DNA of 64,000 nucleotides from a virus: IMG/VR virus record IMGVR_UViG_3300023174_000152, positions 1 to 64,000 of that record; one strand, 5' to 3'. Positions 60,075 through 64,000 of the stretch are shown here, in pieces; the first letter of the stretch is position 1; the number at the start of each line of letters is the position of its first letter. Under the pieces are notes generated by a model. It made no database searches and was not told where the DNA came from. It saw nothing but the letters and a program-made list of their open reading frames with translations. The position numbers and the translations under genes were made by a program.

Positions 60075-62402
60075 AGCCGTTTGGATGGGCGGTAATCCGC
60101 GGCGTCGACGTTCAGCATTGATATTGGCCAATATTATAGGGTCGCTGCCGGCATAGGTCAAATCTGCATCGACTACATTGGAGTATATGTTAAACTGCGT
60201 TGTATAGTTGGGTGTGGTGATTTTGGCATCGCCGATCACTGCTGACACAGCGGCATCAACTCCACTGCGATTTATCGTTGAAGTAGATCCTATGCCCGCG
60301 GTGCTGTAGCCTTTGAGAGCGTCACTGATTTTTTGGTTGGCTAGGTCTACAGCATATTGTGCCCCACGCACCAGTTGGCTGATATTTGAATTCAATGCTG
60401 AGTCGCCCACTGTTCCTTGCACCCATTTTTTGACTACTTCTGCACCGTATTTGGATCCTGCTTGTACTAGTCCTGCAAGTTTGGCAGGATCTTCGCCACC
60501 GGTGACCACTCCTGCGGATCTCAGTTGTTGCAAAGACAACGTGTACAGGTCTGTTTGCACCGCGGCCTGTAGTTTGGGGTCGGCCAACAACGAAGTCACA
60601 TTGTTGACTCCGGCCTGACCTGTCCAAACTGAAGGGCTTTTTAATATGTCTACTGCGGTGGCAGTTCCATCTGTGAGATAAAACTCCACTGTGCCGGGCT
60701 TGAGATAGCCCGCGGCTTCTAACTGTCTTGGGGTGAGCTTGTAGGCGCCGACTCCTTCATCGCTGAGCTCCAATGGATCTTGATTGGCCAACAGTTTGGT
60801 CTGTGCCAACATGCCAGTGACTTGTTCGGGTTCTATCGATCCCACGCTGACTGTAGCTGGCGTTTGAGTTTCATACTGTTCGGCCTGTATTGGGTCAAAC
60901 TCAACGTTTTGTATTTCTGAGAACTTGACGTCTACTTCTCCAGAAACTGCCACTGGTGCTGCCGAAGCCTGTAGTTCTGTTTGATTATTGACTCCGCGGC
61001 TCTGCAATGGATAGGGTTGATGTGTGGGAGCTCGTGTGACGATGGTAGTCAACGCACCATTTTGTACCACCCATCCCTGGCTTTGTTCGAACTTGACATC
61101 GGGCAAGCTCTGTTTGATTATATCGCTGGGTTTTGGCACATCTGGTGCGCTGCCGCCATTCAATGATATGCACCCAGCACTGAGTACCATGTTGCTACCC
61201 GCATCCCAGGTTCCTGATTTTGAAGACTTCAGACTCAGTGTGCCGTCACTTTTGATACCCACATAACTGTCACTGTATAAAAGCATGGCCTTGGTAGATT
61301 TGGCAGTGATCAACTCGGATTCCATGGCAATGGATCTTTCGCCTTTGACGTTGATCACTCCTTTGGCATTCATGTTGATGTTGCGATCGGCATGCAAGTT
61401 GATGTCGCCGTTGCTACGCAGGTTGATAGAGTTGGTACTATAGATATCTACTGTGCCTTGGCTGCCAAACTCCAACCAAGTTTGTCCATTGGCATGTATG
61501 ATAAAGAAACAGTCTCCCGAATCACTCATGGTGATTTGATGACCTTTGGCTGTGCGCAAACGTACTAGAGCATCGTTGCCTGATAAATCACCATCATCCA
61601 TGACAAATGAGTGCCCGCCACGACGTGCAATGACTGTGGCATCTTGAGGAGTCAAACTGCCCGATTGTGCTCGCTGGCGCACATCAGCATCTGTCATTCC
61701 GCCTAGATAGATGGGTCTGCCTGGAGTGCTGATGCCATATACTGTGCTGGGACTTTCACGTTGCGCATTGGATCCAATGGGTCCACGTACAGGATCTTTG
61801 ATGAGACCTTGCTGTAGCAACACTGCGGCCACTACACTATGCACAGGTTTTTTGCTGTCATAGAACTTGGGATTTTCAGCTATTTGCTGATTGTTGACGT
61901 TGAGCTCGACCACTGGCAGTTGAGGAGCGCCATTGAAGTAAGGTTGTTGTGCGCTGTTGTCAAGTTTGTAGTTACGCGAAGCACCAATGGCTGGTAACAT
62001 ATGATTCACGCCGGGCTCAATCACTGCACCAAGATAATATCCATAGTTAGAATCTCCTGATGCAAAAAAACATATCAGCTGTGTACCAATGTCAGGTGGA
62101 GTAAACCACATTCCATAGCTCTGTTTGTTGAGTATGTAGGATCCTTCACCACTTTGTTGGTCTGTGGGAGGATTGGTGGTGCCATAAAACGGACTGACCG
62201 GGCTCACTGTTCTCCAAACATCTGGATTGGTTTTGTCAGGGCCAGCAAAATCTTCAATGTAGACTTTGACTTGTCCACTGCGAGTACCGTCTAATACCTG
62301 ACGTACTTCGCCCACATACATGCCCACTTGTGTAGGAGCATTGCCTCGATCTAGTTTATAGGCACCCGGGGTGCCTGCGGTGCGTTGTTGATTGTCTGCC
62401 AT
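60072..62402 (-). CDS. Baseplate hub/spike protein (gp5/VgrG-like)
   Basis: N-terminal OB-like GQVKVYI..YGMWFTPPDIG, GHSFVMDD..RTAKGHQI, beta-helix-like repeats. Confidence 0.78.
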   Translation of the reverse strand: MADNQQRTAGTPGAYKLDRGNAPTQVGMYVGEVRQVLDGTRSGQVKVYIEDFAGPDKTNPDVWRTVSPVSPFYGTTNPPTDQQSGEGSYILNKQSYGMWFTPPDIGTQLICFFASGDSNYGYYLGAVIEPGVNHMLPAIGASRNYKLDNSAQQPYFNGAPQLPVVELNVNNQQIAENPKFYDSKKPVHSVVAAVLLQQGLIKDPVRGPIGSNAQRESPSTVYGISTPGRPIYLGGMTDADVRQRAQSGSLTPQDATVIARRGGHSFVMDDGDLSGNDALVRLRTAKGHQITMSDSGDCFFIIHANGQTWLEFGSQGTVDIYSTNSINLRSNGDINLHADRNINMNAKGVINVKGERSIAMESELITAKSTKAMLLYSDSYVGIKSDGTLSLKSSKSGTWDAGSNMVLSAGCISLNGGSAPDVPKPSDIIKQSLPDVKFEQSQGWVVQNGALTTIVTRAPTHQPYPLQSRGVNNQTELQASAAPVAVSGEVDVKFSEIQNVEFDPIQAEQYETQTPATVSVGSIEPEQVTGMLAQTKLLANQDPLELSDEGVGAYKLTPRQLEAAGYLKPGTVEFYLTDGTATAVDILKSPSVWTGQAGVNNVTSLLADPKLQAAVQTDLYTLSLQQLRSAGVVTGGEDPAKLAGLVQAGSKYGAEVVKKWVQGTVGDSALNSNISQLVRGAQYAVDLANQKISDALKGYSTAGIGSTSTINRSGVDAAVSAVIGDAKITTPNYTTQFNIYSNVVDADLTYAGSDPIILANINAERRRRGLPPIQTA

Positions 62403-62409
62403 GGTCGTC

Positions 62410-62415
62410 TACTTA
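62410..62415 (-). promoter_or_regulatory. Putative late promoter variant TAAGTA
   Basis: 7 nt upstream of ATG 62402. Confidence 0.4.
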
Positions 62416-64000
62416 TTATGGTCCGCCGGGAACAGGAGTAGAAGTGTCGGTGGCATCTTCCCCGTTGCCAGTGGCCGATCTTCTCAACAGTTGTAGCGCA
62501 TTCTGTCTCAATGCAGATGTGTCGTTTGTGGTAGTTGCTGGCGGATTTGGTGTGCGCAAAGTATTGGTGCTGTATTTTGCCCGATCTGCGGCTGTCCTAT
62601 TTCCCAGTGCCAGCATGGCAGCGCCTGTGTCTGCATCTTCTTGATCGGCCGCTGTCCATAGTCTATTGCGTTCGGCTGCAACAGACACGGTGGCCTTGGC
62701 AGCATTGAACTGGCGTAGTGCGCCATTTATTCGTTGCGTAAATTTTCCTTGTCGAAAGTTACTGTCTACGGTCAGCGCATTAAACACTGTGCTCTGTGGT
62801 TCCAATATGATATTTGATGTGTTTTGTCCATACAATCCACCATTGGAGTTGATCGTGGCCAACCCATCAAGAAGATTATAGTCATTGACTGGGTTAATCT
62901 TGATTTCGTACAGCACTTCGCTGGCAGCGGTGTTGACTGATCCATCAGGCATGAAAGGGCTGAGATATACTGTGGTTGGATCGGTATAAAAAACTTCACT
63001 TTGCTGTATCCAATCTGGATCGCCTAATATGGTTACTGTGGATTTCTGGAGATCTTGATCCTGATACAGTCTGGCGGCCAATTCTGCGGCTGGAGTGGTT
63101 GTGTCACCTTGGCCGCCCGTGCCTTCAGAGTTAGGTTTGGTTTGGAAATAGCGTTTTTCATAGATCCTGGCGCTGGAAGTCCATTCGTCACCTTGAGGCA
63201 GTCCGCCTTGATTGGCCGCGAAACTCATGGTATAGTTAAAGTTTGTTTGTATTTCGAGATCTAACAGCTCGGCATTTTCTCCGGTGAACCAATAGTTATA
63301 AACTTTGTGAGTTCCTCTAAAAGCTGCCGTCGGAAATGCAGGAACCTTGGGATCATTGATTTGATAAGGTGTCACTGTGTAGACTATTTTGTAAGAGTTG
63401 GTGCGTCTTATGTTGTCATATTCCAAGGGTGTGGATTGGCATTGTATCCGATACCACTGCACAGTGGCCACTGGTGTTTGGGTATACCATTTTTGTGTGG
63501 TTTCATCTTGTCGTATATTTTGTTGGCTAGTGATATAAGAACTGTTGCGCATCACTAAGTCAATCAACTGGACTATCTGAGTACCACGTGTGACATTCCA
63601 TGTTTTTGAATTATTGTTATAACTACTGGCCTGTGGATTCAATGTCTGATTGGCCGTGGCAGGCGGTGCTGTGGACGCTCGTTTTTTATCTTGCCTGCCA
63701 GGGCGAGCTACTTTGGCGTCAGCCAGTCCTTTGACATTGGCCAAAATGATTTCATACTGGTCTGCTTTTTCTTGTTGTTTTTTTGCCACTAGTTCTCGTT
63801 GATACTCATTGAGTGCTTCGGCTAGACCATTGGTATATTGTTTTATAGCAGAAAGAGGTACAGCGTTGGGCGGTGGTTGGCTTGATCCTTCTCGATCTCT
63901 AACTTCATCTTCTGTGGCATTGGCTTGTCTAGTCAAGCTGGTTTTGCCATTGAGCAAGGTGGCCACATCTGGAGCTTGTAGTTCAAAGTCAAAGGGAATG
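62416..64000 (-). CDS. Tail/baseplate hub-associated protein, 5'-truncated by window edge
   Basis: Frame stays open to the window end (..IPFDFELQAPDVATLL); K.YNYWFTGEN, ILGDPDWI, F.QGKFTQ motifs; precedes gp5-like gene. Confidence 0.7.
   Translation of the reverse strand, partial: IPFDFELQAPDVATLLNGKTSLTRQANATEDEVRDREGSSQPPPNAVPLSAIKQYTNGLAEALNEYQRELVAKKQQEKADQYEIILANVKGLADAKVARPGRQDKKRASTAPPATANQTLNPQASSYNNNSKTWNVTRGTQIVQLIDLVMRNSSYITSQQNIRQDETTQKWYTQTPVATVQWYRIQCQSTPLEYDNIRRTNSYKIVYTVTPYQINDPKVPAFPTAAFRGTHKVYNYWFTGENAELLDLEIQTNFNYTMSFAANQGGLPQGDEWTSSARIYEKRYFQTKPNSEGTGGQGDTTTPAAELAARLYQDQDLQKSTVTILGDPDWIQQSEVFYTDPTTVYLSPFMPDGSVNTAASEVLYEIKINPVNDYNLLDGLATINSNGGLYGQNTSNIILEPQSTVFNALTVDSNFRQGKFTQRINGALRQFNAAKATVSVAAERNRLWTAADQEDADTGAAMLALGNRTAADRAKYSTNTLRTPNPPATTTNDTSALRQNALQLLRRSATGNGEDATDTSTPVPGGP

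Larger units (their letters stand above)
1..64000. mobile_element. Segment of a large myovirus-type (jumbo-like) bacteriophage genome
   Basis: Baseplate gp25/gp6/gp5-like genes, giant virion protein, tRNAs, thyX, MoxR/VWA, GIY-YIG endonuclease, overlapping gene packing, TAAATA late motifs; no cellular housekeeping operons. Confidence 0.95.

Noticed and set aside
41667-63999. Many + strand and alternate-frame ORFs of 60-205 aa within structural genes
   Set aside because: Shadow ORFs overlapping long genes with coherent motifs; none has recognisable motifs
1-64000. CRISPR array, diversity-generating retroelement, intein or stop-codon reassignment
   Set aside because: No regularly spaced repeats, reverse transcriptase or intein motifs seen by eye; known enzymes are full length in the standard code and all three stop codons are used

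Overview
A densely coded 64 kb segment of a large, probably jumbo, contractile-tailed dsDNA phage. The host is probably a Betaproteobacterium, inferred from an Omp32-like porin and a Bug/TctC-like protein. Left arm (+ strand, sigma70-type promoters): tRNAs Met(CAT), Gly(TCC) and Thr(TGT); several unannotated structured RNA candidates; RNA polymerase omega; a miniature malonyl-CoA decarboxylase-like protein; a phosphoesterase; a porin/TctA/TctC/PP-loop/2OG-oxygenase/SDR cassette; a MoxR-AAA/VWA pair; and thyX. Middle (16.1-38.4 kb): a ~22 kb tailoring cluster with an NDP-sugar epimerase, DegT aminotransferase, amidinotransferase, carbamoyltransferase plus a 33-aa PFIY peptide, five radical SAM paralogues, about eight glycosyltransferase-like proteins and an SGNH-like protein, interrupted by a GIY-YIG homing endonuclease. 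Right arm (- strand, TAAATA late motifs): tail and baseplate genes including a 4854-aa protein, gp6-, gp25- and gp5-like proteins; the last gene runs off the window. All calls come from reading motifs by eye; no database searches or folding programs were run.
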